From the UHGV virus genome UHGV-0244400: DNA of 40,704 bases, one strand, 5' to 3'. Shown one piece after another: positions 30,091 to 39,460 of the stretch. This stretch comes from a virus. The translations under genes and the position numbers were made by a program. The notes beneath the pieces were generated by a model. The model was not told the origin of the DNA, made no database searches, and saw nothing but the letters and a program-made list of their open reading frames with translations. Position 1 is the stretch's first letter, and every line of letters starts with the position of its first letter.

Positions 30091-31542
30091 TCAGAATCCT
30101 CCTTTCTTCTTGGACTGCGGTTCCTCGCGTTCACGTCGGCGCATTTCAGCAGACTGTTGGTCTGTGTCATAAATAGCGCCATTTGCCTGAATGCAATACA
30201 CCGTGCCGGTATTGCCATGACGATTGAGACGAAGGATTAGTTCAGTTTCACCAGGTGGAACACTGTCATCAAAAGCGCCTTCACGATGGATCCCGACCCA
30301 ATAATCGCAATCCTGTTCAATCTGCCCTGTATCTCGTGAGTCACTTGGTAATGGGCGTTTATTGGTTCTGCTTTCCAGTGCGCGGTTAAGCTGCGTCAGA
30401 AGCACAACAACGCAATCAAGCTCTTTGGCAAGGTTCTTCAGTCCTTTGGTGATCATGCCGTAAGCAAGGTCGTTGCGATCGGCCTTCTCAGCGGTCATTA
30501 GTGTCAGGTAATCGACCAGAATCATGCCAACACATCCTTTTTCTCGCTTGATTCGACGGCTTTCGCTGACGATTTGAGCCAGAGATAATCCCGGCGTGTC
30601 GTCGATGTAAAGCAGGTCTATTTCACTCAAGCGATTGGCTGTTTCTATCGCCCTGTTGAAGTCACCATCGTAATCACCCTGATAGCCGTCATCGGCGTCA
30701 TTTGTCGCCGGAAGGTAAAAAATATTCGGGTTAACACCAGACTTCTGCCCTACCAGTTTTTCCAGTATCTGATCACCTGGCATTTCAAGGCTGAACATCA
30801 ATGCGGGCTTTTTCTCATGCACTGCGCAATTGATTGCCATCTGGCTGTATAGCGTCGTTTTCCCCATCTTAGGGCGAGCGCCAATGACAAACAGAGAGCC
30901 TTTCACCAGACCTTTCGGTGACAGCATCCTGTCCAGCGATGGGATCCCTGTGCTCATTCCCCGTTGTTCGCCTGATGGGTCAAATCGCTTCTCAAGGTCG
31001 CTAACCCAGTCTTCCATGACCTCACCAAATGAGCGAAGGCCGCGACGCGATCCGGTTTTTGCATGGTCTGTCAGTTGCGTGAAAATCGCCTGAATAGCTT
31101 CGTACTTCTGCGTTGCAGTCATTCCGTTGCGGGAATAGAGCAATTCCGTCGCTTCAGTCATGCGGTTGATGGCGTAGCGTTCCATTGCGGTTTCACGAAC
31201 CTGCATTGCATAGGCAACGATGTTTGCTGCGCTTGGCGTGTTCTTTGCGATCTCAGAGATATAAGCAAAACCGCCAACAGACGCCGTTAACGATTTGCGC
31301 TCCAGTTCATCGAAAAGCGTCAGGCCATCTACTGGCTTTTGCTCCCGGTGCATTCTGGTTATTTCTTCGAAAAGGATTTTGTGTGGTCGGCTGTAAAATG
31401 AATCAGGCTTCAGCATCGCCAGAACTTTCTGGACGCGCTCACTGCTGTCATCATCCAGAAGCAATCCACCAATCACCGCCTGCTCTGCCTCGATGCTATG
31501 GGGCGGCGCATAAAAATTATCGGTCATCGTGTTCACCCTCAC
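30091..31542 (-). CDS. Replicative DNA helicase (DnaB family, phage-encoded)
   Basis: 483 aa; Walker A GARPKMGKTT and DnaB-type C-terminal domain; replaces lambda P. Confidence 0.9.
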   Translation of the reverse strand: MRVNTMTDNFYAPPHSIEAEQAVIGGLLLDDDSSERVQKVLAMLKPDSFYSRPHKILFEEITRMHREQKPVDGLTLFDELERKSLTASVGGFAYISEIAKNTPSAANIVAYAMQVRETAMERYAINRMTEATELLYSRNGMTATQKYEAIQAIFTQLTDHAKTGSRRGLRSFGEVMEDWVSDLEKRFDPSGEQRGMSTGIPSLDRMLSPKGLVKGSLFVIGARPKMGKTTLYSQMAINCAVHEKKPALMFSLEMPGDQILEKLVGQKSGVNPNIFYLPATNDADDGYQGDYDGDFNRAIETANRLSEIDLLYIDDTPGLSLAQIVSESRRIKREKGCVGMILVDYLTLMTAEKADRNDLAYGMITKGLKNLAKELDCVVVLLTQLNRALESRTNKRPLPSDSRDTGQIEQDCDYWVGIHREGAFDDSVPPGETELILRLNRHGNTGTVYCIQANGAIYDTDQQSAEMRRREREEPQSKKKGGF

Positions 31543-32407
31543 GAACTTTCAGGTAGGTATTATCGTTAAGCAGGAAATCAAATCCCTTTTTGTGCCAGAC
31601 GGTTCCGCGTTGATGGTTTGGGCGTTCTTCGAACATCCATCGGCAATTTTCGCCTACGTAGCTCAAATAATTTCTCCAGTCCTGCATCGTGAACCCATGC
31701 CCGTCAAGCTGGCGGGTTATCACTCCGGCTTTGCGCCAGAACGTTCGGATCTGGTTTTTACGCTTGTCATTCAGTGCGCGGATTCTTGGCGCTTCAGGAA
31801 GGATTTCGTGGTAAGCATCGACAACATCCTGACAGCTGACGGAAGGTTTTTTCTTGTCAGACTTTTTATCTGCTGTGGCACTCTCTAATACGTCAGTATT
31901 AGAGATATTATTTATATTATTGTTTATGGACAACCGTTGGACAACCGTTGGACAATCTCCGCTGAGAGCCACGCCATTACTGGTGTTTGCGTTGGACAAC
32001 CGTTGGACAACCGTTGGACAATTTTTTGCCTGAAAATCGTCATATTTAACGATTGTAAACAGGCTAAATTTCTTCCCCATCGAGCAAATATTAAGCATCC
32101 CTTTCGACTCAAAAGTCCGTAATAAGCTCCGAACTTTGTTGTCGGGGATGAATGTTTCTCTGACCAGCGACGGGCGTCCAGTTATCATCTGACCGCGATC
32201 AACAGTTATCGGACCGATATCCGTATTGACGACAGTAGATTCGTGATTAGCCTTGAGGATTAAGTGAAGCCAAAGATGTACTGCCTGAGAGTCCTTATAG
32301 AGCCTGCTGTCCATAAACTGGCGGTGTATAGAGACATACCCCATACTGGATGCCTCCTGATGTTGTACAGGGTTATGCCTGTAATCAGCTAACTTAACGA
32401 CGCCCAT
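31517..32407 (-). CDS. Replication initiator protein (O-like, contains the origin iterons)
   Basis: 296 aa; gene contains tandem iterons that encode the repeated peptide CPTVVQRLS; position after cII as for lambda O. Confidence 0.75.
   Translation of the reverse strand: MGVVKLADYRHNPVQHQEASSMGYVSIHRQFMDSRLYKDSQAVHLWLHLILKANHESTVVNTDIGPITVDRGQMITGRPSLVRETFIPDNKVRSLLRTFESKGMLNICSMGKKFSLFTIVKYDDFQAKNCPTVVQRLSNANTSNGVALSGDCPTVVQRLSINNNINNISNTDVLESATADKKSDKKKPSVSCQDVVDAYHEILPEAPRIRALNDKRKNQIRTFWRKAGVITRQLDGHGFTMQDWRNYLSYVGENCRWMFEERPNHQRGTVWHKKGFDFLLNDNTYLKVREGEHDDR
31928..32021. repeat. Replication origin iterons: two clusters of about 2.5 tandem copies of the 11-bp unit ggacaaccgtt, followed by an AT-rich stretch
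   Basis: Direct repeats read in sequence at about 31928..31955 and 31994..32021 with A/T-rich DNA to about 32060; inside the initiator gene as in lambda ori. Confidence 0.7.
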
Positions 32408-32555
32408 GTTTCACTCCTGCTTTGGCTAGTCTGTAAACACCAACAAGGCGCTCTGCGAACGCCCTGTTATTTGCTGCGGCTACCACTAATCCCTCAGGTG
32501 AATCAGGGTGTCGAATCTCTTCTTTTTCCTGGTATTTCTTACGACGTTTTGTCAT
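32394..32555 (-). CDS. Small hypothetical basic protein (53 aa) between cII and the initiator gene
   Basis: ATG-initiated ORF whose stop overlaps the initiator start (ATGGGCGTCGTTAA); no recognisable family; may be non-coding. Confidence 0.3.
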   Translation of the reverse strand: MTKRRKKYQEKEEIRHPDSPEGLVVAAANNRAFAERLVGVYRLAKAGVKHGRR

Positions 32556-32559
32556 AATT

Positions 32560-32630
32560 ACTCCTGTGGATTGATCCAGTCTTTCTACATCAGGCCTCGA
32601 AGAATTCGCCGTTCTTCGGGGCTTTTTCTT
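32560..32630 (+). ncRNA. oop-like antisense RNA ending in a rho-independent terminator that overlaps the 3' end of cII
   Basis: On + strand, hairpin cgaagaa..ttcttcg followed by GGGCTTTTTCTTTT at about 32598..32630, antisense to the last cII codons, analogous in position to lambda oop; 5' end not determined. Confidence 0.35.
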
Positions 32631-32868
32631 TTGTCAGCATTCTGGCTACTTTCTTAGCCAGTTCCGCCAACTCCTCGTCTTCAACACCCCATTCAAGAAC
32701 AGCCAGAAGCATTCCCATTTTGGGGATGAAGCTGTCTTTCCATCGCGAAATTTGCGATTCATTAATCCCTAACGCATCAGCAACCTTTCGCTGACCACGT
32801 ACAGCAATTCGATTCAGGATGTTGCTTGTAATTGCATTCGCTTTCTTGCGAGTACTTGTATGTTGCAT
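32590..32868 (-). CDS. cII: Transcriptional activator CII
   Basis: 92 aa from the ATG preceded by TAAGGAAATACTTACAT (lambda cII leader); HTH core ..DKSQISRWK.. and C-terminal LLAVLEWGV as in lambda CII; track ORF extended upstream. Confidence 0.85.
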   Translation of the reverse strand: MQHTSTRKKANAITSNILNRIAVRGQRKVADALGINESQISRWKDSFIPKMGMLLAVLEWGVEDEELAELAKKVARMLTKEKAPKNGEFFEA

Positions 32869-32947
32869 ATGTAAGTATTTCCTTAGATAACAATTGATTG
32901 AATGTATGCAAATAAATGCATACACCATAGGTGTGGTTTAATTTGAT

Positions 32948-32979
32948 GCCCTTTTTCAGGGCTGGAATGTGTAAGAGCG
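32948..32979 (-). promoter_or_regulatory. nutR (boxA CGCTCTTACACA and boxB GCCCTGAAAAAGGGC) N-utilisation site
   Basis: Reverse complement of + strand at about 32948..32979 reproduces lambda nutR boxA/boxB; between cro and cII. Confidence 0.7.
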
Positions 32980-32986
32980 GGGTTAT

Positions 32987-33196
<210 letters not shown>

Positions 33197-33213
33197 TTAG
33201 TACATGCAACTAT

Positions 33214-33277
33214 TATCACCGCTAGAGGTAAAATAGTCAACACGCACGGTGTTGGATATTTATCCCTCGCGGTGATA
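33214..33277. promoter_or_regulatory. Right operator OR1-OR2-OR3 with divergent promoters PR (towards cro) and PRM (towards cI)
   Basis: Three 17-bp sites TATCACCGCTAGAGGTA, CAACACGCACGGTGTTG, TATCCCTCGCGGTGATA in the 100-bp cro-cI gap; lambda-type, with OR1 differing at one position from my memory of lambda. Confidence 0.85.
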
Positions 33278-33284
33278 GATTTAA

Positions 33285-34001
<717 letters not shown>

Positions 34002-34087
34002 GTCCGCAGCAAGAGACTTTATACGCATCTAGATGTAGGAAATAAAAAAGAAGATCCCTACAATAAAAATAAGGAAATCATTAAGAT

Positions 34088-34993
34088 ATGTCGATTAACA
34101 GCAATAGCGAATCCCTGCATCAAATGCAGCTTTTCCCTGTAGTAGAGGTTGTTTCTGATGATATTCCTATGGGCGTTCTCAATGATGGAACTCCTTACCT
34201 AACTCTCTACGGTCTCGCAAAGTTATGCGGCATTGATGACACGCCACTGAGGGTGTTCACATCAAACTGGAACACAGAGAAAAACAAACCCAGAGGTCAA
34301 AAAGTAGCTGCGTATTTAGCTGAGAAAGGGTTTCATAACGTCGAAAAGCTATACACTCGCGTTTTAAATAGCTCAAACGTGGAAACTCATGCTTATCCTG
34401 ACTATGTTTGCATGGCTATCCTCCGTTACTACGCTCTAGATGCCACCAATTTTGATAGGTCAGTCGCAATAGGTAATTTTGTTCGCTTGGCTGAGTACAC
34501 GCTTAAGCGAATGATTTATGAAAAGTCAAATTACAACCCAAATGCTTCAATAGATATCTCATTCGAGAACTATAGAGCAAGGATTAAGCTAAACGATCAG
34601 ATACCGACAACTCATTTTGCAGTATTCAGAGAGATAGCTGACATTGCCATGAACCTGATCGGAGGAGGATTCCCAATGGATGACACCACATCTTTGGATG
34701 GAAGTGTTGGAATTCACTGGGGAAAGTATTGGACAGCTAATGGGCTATCTGAGAAATTCGGGGAAAGGGTGCAGTACCCACATTTATTCCCCGAAAATTA
34801 CAGGCAGTCAGCTGCAAATAAGCATATAACAGCTTGGATTTATCCTATTGAGGCACTTGGCGTGTTCAGAAAATGGCTACACGATAATTACGCAATGGAA
34901 AAACTGCCAAATTACCTTGGGAACAAAAAGATTAGTAACGCCTCCGAGCTATTAGAGTCGATAAAAAAACCAGCACTCCCAAATAAGCATTGA
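34088..34993 (+). CDS. Unknown 301-aa protein at the rexAB-equivalent locus; candidate prophage-encoded anti-phage / abortive-infection protein (possibly BstA-like)
   Basis: Complete ORF with SD (AAGGA) 86 bp after the cI stop, no intervening terminator, followed by its own terminator and then OL/PL; AT-rich; no similarity to RexA/RexB; N-terminal region looks like a KilA-N/Bro-N-type domain (from memory, low confidence). Confidence 0.8.
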   Translation: MSINSNSESLHQMQLFPVVEVVSDDIPMGVLNDGTPYLTLYGLAKLCGIDDTPLRVFTSNWNTEKNKPRGQKVAAYLAEKGFHNVEKLYTRVLNSSNVETHAYPDYVCMAILRYYALDATNFDRSVAIGNFVRLAEYTLKRMIYEKSNYNPNASIDISFENYRARIKLNDQIPTTHFAVFREIADIAMNLIGGGFPMDDTTSLDGSVGIHWGKYWTANGLSEKFGERVQYPHLFPENYRQSAANKHITAWIYPIEALGVFRKWLHDNYAMEKLPNYLGNKKISNASELLESIKKPALPNKH

Positions 34994-35004
34994 TCTCCAC
35001 CACA

Positions 35005-35030
35005 ACCCGGCATCTGCGCCGGGTTTTCTT
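35005..35030 (+). terminator. Rho-independent terminator ending the cI operon (hairpin cccggc..gccggg followed by TTTTCTTT)
   Basis: Inverted repeat plus T-run 12 bp after the stop of the 301-aa gene. Confidence 0.6.
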
Positions 35031-35180
35031 TGCCTAACGCCCCCAAAAAACGCATAACCAATTGTATTTATTTCAAAATTAATAGATACAACTCACTAAA
35101 CATCGCAATTCAGATCTCTCGATCACCTTCCCAATCCACACAACCCTGCAAAAAATAAATCTATATAAAAAACATACAGA

Positions 35181-35244
35181 TAACCATCTGCGGTGATAAA
35201 TTATCTCTAGCGGTGTTGACATAAATACCACTGGCGGTGATACT
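35181..35244. promoter_or_regulatory. Left operator OL3-OL2-OL1 and promoter PL
   Basis: Sites AACCATCTGCGGTGATA, TATCTCTAGCGGTGTTG, TACCACTGGCGGTGATA with -35 TTGACA and -10 GATACT; lambda-type. Confidence 0.85.
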
Positions 35245-35283
35245 AAGCACATCAGCAGGACGCACTGACCACCATGAAGGTGA

Positions 35284-35314
35284 CGCTCTTAAAAATTAAG
35301 CCCTGAAGAAGGGT
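35284..35314 (+). promoter_or_regulatory. nutL (boxA CGCTCTTA, boxB GCCCTGAAGAAGGGT)
   Basis: Matches lambda nutL with one change at the 3' base of the boxB stem (still G-U pairable). Confidence 0.75.
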
Positions 35315-35512
35315 AGCATTCAAAGCAGAAGGCTTTGGGATTGGATGAATGAGCAGGCTGATGCTCGACCAATGTATAAACAGCGCTCATGGCAAGCAGT
35401 AACCAATCTGCGCCTCAAGACAGCGTCACTGGTAGTGCGGGCGCTCTAACCAGTAAGCCGGGGTTCAGCGCCGGCCATCCAATCACCAAAGCTAACTGAC
35501 AGGAGAATCCAG

Positions 35513-35845
35513 ATGGATGCACAAACACGCCGCCGCGAACGTCGCGCAGAGAAACAGGCTCAATGGAAAGCAGCAAATCCCCTGTTAGTTGGGGTAAGCG
35601 CAAAACCAGTTAACCGCCCTATTCTCTCGCTGAATCGAAAACCGAAATCACGAGTAGAAAGCGCACTGAATCCGATAGACCTTACGGTGCTGGCTGAATA
35701 CCACGAACAGATTGAAAGCAACCTGCAGCGTATTGAGCGCAAGAATCAGCGCACATGGTACAGCAAGCCACGCAGTGAAATAGGTGTGACTTGCTCAGGC
35801 CGCCAGAAGCAACGCGGAAAATCAATTCCAGCTTATTACGATTGA
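35513..35845 (+). CDS. N: Antiterminator N
   Basis: 110 aa; N-terminal Arg-rich motif MDAQTRRRERRAEKQAQWKAAN as in lambda N; SD AGGAGA upstream. Confidence 0.95.
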   Translation: MDAQTRRRERRAEKQAQWKAANPLLVGVSAKPVNRPILSLNRKPKSRVESALNPIDLTVLAEYHEQIESNLQRIERKNQRTWYSKPRSEIGVTCSGRQKQRGKSIPAYYD

Positions 35846-35853
35846 GGTGAGCC

Positions 35854-35991
35854 ATGCTCAAGAAAGTCAAGCGCCGACTTTACAAAGAAGGTAGATATTC
35901 ATGCCAGTTGCCAAAATGCGACACAACAAAATGGAGTGTCGATGATTGGTGTAACTGGATAGATAGATACGGAACTTGGTGGGATAAATAA
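35854..35991 (+). CDS. Small Cys-containing hypothetical protein (45 aa) directly after N
   Basis: ATG 8 nt after N stop with SD GAGGTGA; contains 4 Cys (C..C...C..C spacing not a classic zinc ribbon); below track cut-off. Confidence 0.35.
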   Translation: MLKKVKRRLYKEGRYSCQLPKCDTTKWSVDDWCNWIDRYGTWWDK

Positions 35992-36045
35992 CAGGTAACT
36001 TAAGCGTATTTACTTTCGCAGCAAACCACTTATTTGAGGTGAGAT

Positions 36046-36516
36046 ATGACAAAATCATGGAGCGTACCTTTTCCTGAATCAGAAACTGAACATGATGGAA
36101 TGCCTGTTTTCTGGAGATTCCAGGCGACAGTTGAAGAAGATGGGATAAAAATATTCGCACTTCAATATATAGCTTTTCATCAGACAGAGCATTATGCATG
36201 GTTGGTTCCTGCGCATTGGATTGTTAATTTTAAACCAGCACCAAATCAGTGGTTACAGGAATGGAAACAAAGGAGAAATAGATATGCAATTAAGAAAGTA
36301 GCAAAAAATGCAGAAAGATCTTTTGCATTCCCAACGAAGAAACTTGCTATTGAAAGTTTATTGCGCCGGAAGAAATACCATTTAATGAGAATAAAACAAG
36401 ATTTGGCTGTTGTATCAACTCTTGTTGATGGGATGAAAAATATTGATACATCAACACCAGATATTGAATATAACTTTGGACACAACCAAGAAACAGAAAA
36501 CTGGGTGTTTTATTAG
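36046..36516 (+). CDS. Hypothetical 156-aa protein in the N-cIII accessory slot (lambda ral/sieB/ea10 position)
   Basis: ATG with SD GAGGTGAGAT; AT-rich; Trp-rich N-terminal half and basic C-terminal half; no family recognised; followed by a terminator. Confidence 0.6.
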   Translation: MTKSWSVPFPESETEHDGMPVFWRFQATVEEDGIKIFALQYIAFHQTEHYAWLVPAHWIVNFKPAPNQWLQEWKQRRNRYAIKKVAKNAERSFAFPTKKLAIESLLRRKKYHLMRIKQDLAVVSTLVDGMKNIDTSTPDIEYNFGHNQETENWVFY

Positions 36517-36620
36517 TACGAATAAGCACTGTGTATTCATTCCAACGAGTGAATACACGGAGCAATGTCGCTCGTAACCAAACAGGAGCCGACTTGTTCT
36601 GATTATTGGAAATCTTCTTT

Positions 36621-36645
36621 GCCCTCCAGTGTGAGGGCCTTTTTA
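36621..36645 (+). terminator. Rho-independent terminator (hairpin gccctc..gagggc followed by CTTTTTA) upstream of cIII
   Basis: Inverted repeat plus T-run about 100 bp after the 156-aa gene; analogous to an N-suppressible tL terminator. Confidence 0.6.
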
Positions 36646-36706
36646 TATGCATACCAATAACGCTTCACTCGAGGCGTTTTCGTTATGTATAAATAAGGAG
36701 CACACC

Positions 36707-36871
36707 ATGCAATATGCCATTGCAGGGTGGCCTGTTGCTGGCTGCCCTTCCGAATCTTTACTTGAACGAATCACCCGTAAATTACGTGACGGATGGAAAC
36801 GCCTTATCGACATACTTAATCAGCCAGGAGTCCCAAAAAATGGATCAAACACTTATGGCTATCCAGACTAA
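36707..36871 (+). CDS. cIII: CIII (FtsH inhibitor, CII stabiliser)
   Basis: 54 aa [54 protein letters not shown] as in lambda; SD AAGGAG; track ORF extended upstream. Confidence 0.9.
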   Translation: MQYAIAGWPVAGCPSESLLERITRKLRDGWKRLIDILNQPGVPKNGSNTYGYPD

Positions 36872-36983
36872 ATTCACTATCGCCACTTTTATTGGCGATG
36901 AAAAGATGTTTCGTGAAGCCGTCGACGCTTATAAAAAATGGATATTAATACTGAAACTGAGATCAAGCAAAAGCATTCACTAA
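36840..36983 (+). CDS. kil: Kil (host cell-division inhibitor)
   Basis: 47 aa [47 protein letters not shown] as in lambda; overlaps cIII 3' end in another frame. Confidence 0.85.
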   Translation: MDQTLMAIQTKFTIATFIGDEKMFREAVDAYKKWILILKLRSSKSIH

Positions 36984-37058
36984 CCCCCTTTCCTGTTTTC
37001 CTAATCAGCCTGGCATTTCGCGGGCGATATTTTCACAGCCATTTTCAGGAGTTCAGCC

Positions 37059-37355
37059 ATGAACGCTTATTACATTCAGGATCGTCTTGAGGCTCAGAGC
37101 TGGGCGCGTCACTACCAGCAGATCGCCCATGAAGAGAAAGAGGCAGAACTGGCAGACGACATGGAAAAAGGCCTGCCCCAGCACCTGTTTGAATCGCTAT
37201 GCATCGATCATTTGCAACGCCACGGGGCCAGCAAAAAAGCCATTACCCGTGCGTTTGATGACGATGTTGAGTTTCAGGAGCGCATGGCAGAACACATCCG
37301 GTACATGGTTGAAACCATTGCTCACCACCAGGTTGATATTGATTCAGAGGTATAA
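37059..37355 (+). CDS. gam: Gam (RecBCD inhibitor), short GamS form
   Basis: 98 aa beginning [21 protein letters not shown], matching lambda GamS. Confidence 0.9.
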   Translation: MNAYYIQDRLEAQSWARHYQQIAHEEKEAELADDMEKGLPQHLFESLCIDHLQRHGASKKAITRAFDDDVEFQERMAEHIRYMVETIAHHQVDIDSEV

Positions 37356-37360
37356 AACGG

Positions 37361-38146
37361 ATGAGTACAGCACTCGCAACGCTGGCAGGGAAGCTGGCTG
37401 AACGTGTCGGCATGGATTCTGTCGACCCACAGGAACTGATCACCACTCTTCGCCAGACGGCATTTAAAGGTGATGCCAGCGATGCGCAGTTCATCGCATT
37501 GTTGATCGTCGCCAACCAGTACGGCCTTAATCCGTGGACGAAAGAAATTTACGCCTTCCCTGATAAGCAGAACGGCATCGTTCCGGTGGTGGGCGTTGAT
37601 GGCTGGTCCCGCATCATCAATGAAAACCAGCAGTTTGATGGCATGGACTTTGAGCAGGACAATGAATCCTGTACATGCCGGATTTACCGCAAGGACCGTA
37701 ATCATCCGATCTGCGTTACCGAATGGATGGATGAATGCCGCCGCGAACCATTCAAAACTCGCGAAGGCAGAGAAATCACGGGGCCGTGGCAGTCGCATCC
37801 CAAACGGATGTTACGGCATAAAGCCATGATTCAGTGTGCCCGTCTGGCCTTCGGATTTGCTGGTATCTATGACAAGGATGAAGCCGAGCGCATTGTCGAA
37901 AATACTGCATACACTGCAGAACGTCAGCCAGAACGCGACATCACTCCGGTTAACGATGAAACCATGCAAGAGATTAACACTCTGCTGATCGCCCTGGATA
38001 AAACATGGGATGACGACTTATTGCCGCTCTGTTCCCAGATATTTCGCCGCGACATTCGCGCATCGTCAGAACTGACACAGGCCGAAGCAGTGAAAGCTCT
38101 TGGATTCCTGAAACAGAAAGCCACTGAGCAGAAGGTGGCAGCATGA
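37361..38146 (+). CDS. bet: Bet (Red-beta single-strand annealing protein)
   Basis: 261 aa beginning [48 protein letters not shown] as in lambda Bet. Confidence 0.95.
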   Translation: MSTALATLAGKLAERVGMDSVDPQELITTLRQTAFKGDASDAQFIALLIVANQYGLNPWTKEIYAFPDKQNGIVPVVGVDGWSRIINENQQFDGMDFEQDNESCTCRIYRKDRNHPICVTEWMDECRREPFKTREGREITGPWQSHPKRMLRHKAMIQCARLAFGFAGIYDKDEAERIVENTAYTAERQPERDITPVNDETMQEINTLLIALDKTWDDDLLPLCSQIFRRDIRASSELTQAEAVKALGFLKQKATEQKVAA

Positions 38147-38823
38147 CACCGGACATTATCGTGCAGCGTACCGGGATCGACGTGAGAGCTGTCGAACAGG
38201 GGGATGATACATGGCACAAATTACGGCTCGGCGTCATCACCGCTTCAGAAGTTCACAACGTGATAGCAAAGCCCCGCTCAGGAAAGAAGTGGCCTGACAT
38301 GAAAATGTCCTACTTCCACACCCTGCTGGCTGAGGTTTGCACCGGTGTGGCTCCGGAAGTTAATGCTAAGGCGCTGGCCTGGGGAAAACAGTACGAGAAC
38401 GACGCCAGAACTCTGTTTGAATTCACTTCCGGCGTGAATGTTACCGAATCCCCGATCATCTATCGCGACGAAAGTATGCGCACCGCCTGCTCTCCCGATG
38501 GTTTATGCAGTGACGGCAATGGCCTTGAGCTGAAATGCCCGTTTACCTCCCGGGATTTCATGAAGTTCCGGCTCGGTGGTTTCGAGGCCATAAAGTCGGC
38601 TTACATGGCCCAGGTGCAGTACAGCATGTGGGTGACACGAAAAGATGCCTGGTACTTTGCCAACTATGACCCGCGTATGAAGCGTGAAGGACTGCATTAT
38701 GTCGTGGTTGAGCGGGATGAAAAGTACATGGCGAGTTTTGACGAGATGGTGCCGGAGTTCATCGAAAAAATGGACGAGGCACTGGCTGAAATTGGTTTTG
38801 TATTTGGGGAGCAATGGCGATGA
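38143..38823 (+). CDS. exo: Exo (Red-alpha 5'-3' exonuclease)
   Basis: 226 aa beginning [40 protein letters not shown] as in lambda Exo; 4-nt overlap with bet. Confidence 0.95.
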   Translation: MTPDIIVQRTGIDVRAVEQGDDTWHKLRLGVITASEVHNVIAKPRSGKKWPDMKMSYFHTLLAEVCTGVAPEVNAKALAWGKQYENDARTLFEFTSGVNVTESPIIYRDESMRTACSPDGLCSDGNGLELKCPFTSRDFMKFRLGGFEAIKSAYMAQVQYSMWVTRKDAWYFANYDPRMKREGLHYVVVERDEKYMASFDEMVPEFIEKMDEALAEIGFVFGEQWR

Positions 38824-39002
38824 CGCATCCTCACGATAATATCCGGGTAGGCGCGATCACTTTCGTCTACTCCATTACAAAGCGAGGCTGGGTATTTCCC
38901 GGTCTTTCTGTTATCAGAAATCCACTGAAAGCACAGGGGCTGGCTGAAGAGATAAATAATAAACGAGGGGCTGTATGCACAAAGCATCTCCTGTTGAATT
39001 AA
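38814..39002 (+). CDS. Small hypothetical protein (lambda orf60a-like position)
   Basis: 62 aa ORF overlapping exo stop, as in the lambda exo-ea region. Confidence 0.55.
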   Translation: MAMTHPHDNIRVGAITFVYSITKRGWVFPGLSVIRNPLKAQGLAEEINNKRGAVCTKHLLLN

Positions 39003-39460
39003 GAACGAGTATCGAGATGGCACATAGCCTTGCTCAAATTGGAGTCAGGTTTGTGCCAATACCAGTAGAAACAGACGAAGAATTTCATACGTTAGCCGCA
39101 TCCCTTTCACAAAAGCTGGAAATGATGGCGGCGAAAGCAGAAGCAAACGAGAGAGAGACCCGGCATGACAACAACAGAATGCATTTTTCTGGCAGCGGGC
39201 TTCATATTCTGTGTGCTTATGCTTGCCGACATGGGACTTGTTCAATGACACCTCAGCAAGAAAACGCCCTTCGCAGCATTGCCCGTCAGGCTAATTCTGA
39301 AATCAAAAATGCCAGACAGCAGTTTCCGGATAAAAACGTCGATGACATTTGCCGTAGCGTACTGAAGAAGCACCGCGAAACGGTAACGCTGATGGGATTC
39401 ACACCGACTCACTTAAGTCTGGCAATCGGTATGTTAAACGGCGTCTTTAAGGAACGGTGA
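38975..39460 (+). CDS. Hypothetical protein resembling an in-frame fusion of lambda orf63 and orf61
   Basis: 161 aa; N-terminal half [23 protein letters not shown].. and C-terminal half MTPQQENALRSIARQANSEIK.. each recall separate small lambda ORFs. Confidence 0.55.
   Translation: MHKASPVELRTSIEMAHSLAQIGVRFVPIPVETDEEFHTLAASLSQKLEMMAAKAEANERETRHDNNRMHFSGSGLHILCAYACRHGTCSMTPQQENALRSIARQANSEIKNARQQFPDKNVDDICRSVLKKHRETVTLMGFTPTHLSLAIGMLNGVFKER

Noticed and set aside
31928-32021. Tandem direct repeats considered as a possible CRISPR array
   Set aside because: Repeat unit is only 11 bp, copies are contiguous without spacers, and they are in-frame coding sequence of the initiator gene; these are origin iterons, not CRISPR repeats.
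35867-36199. 110-aa minus-strand ORF overlapping the N-cIII accessory genes
   Set aside because: Low-complexity translation, no ribosome-binding site that I could see, antisense to two + strand ORFs that do have good SD sequences and fit the leftward PL operon; treated as a spurious antisense frame.
36946-37355. Possible long Gam isoform starting at the ATG inside the kil 3' end
   Set aside because: In this sequence the upstream ATG is in a different reading frame from the Gam ORF, so only the 98-aa form is encoded.
37087-37401. 104-aa alternate-frame ORF overlapping gam and the bet start
   Set aside because: Gam (37059..37355) and Bet (37361..) are clearly recognisable in the other frames; this frame is a by-product.
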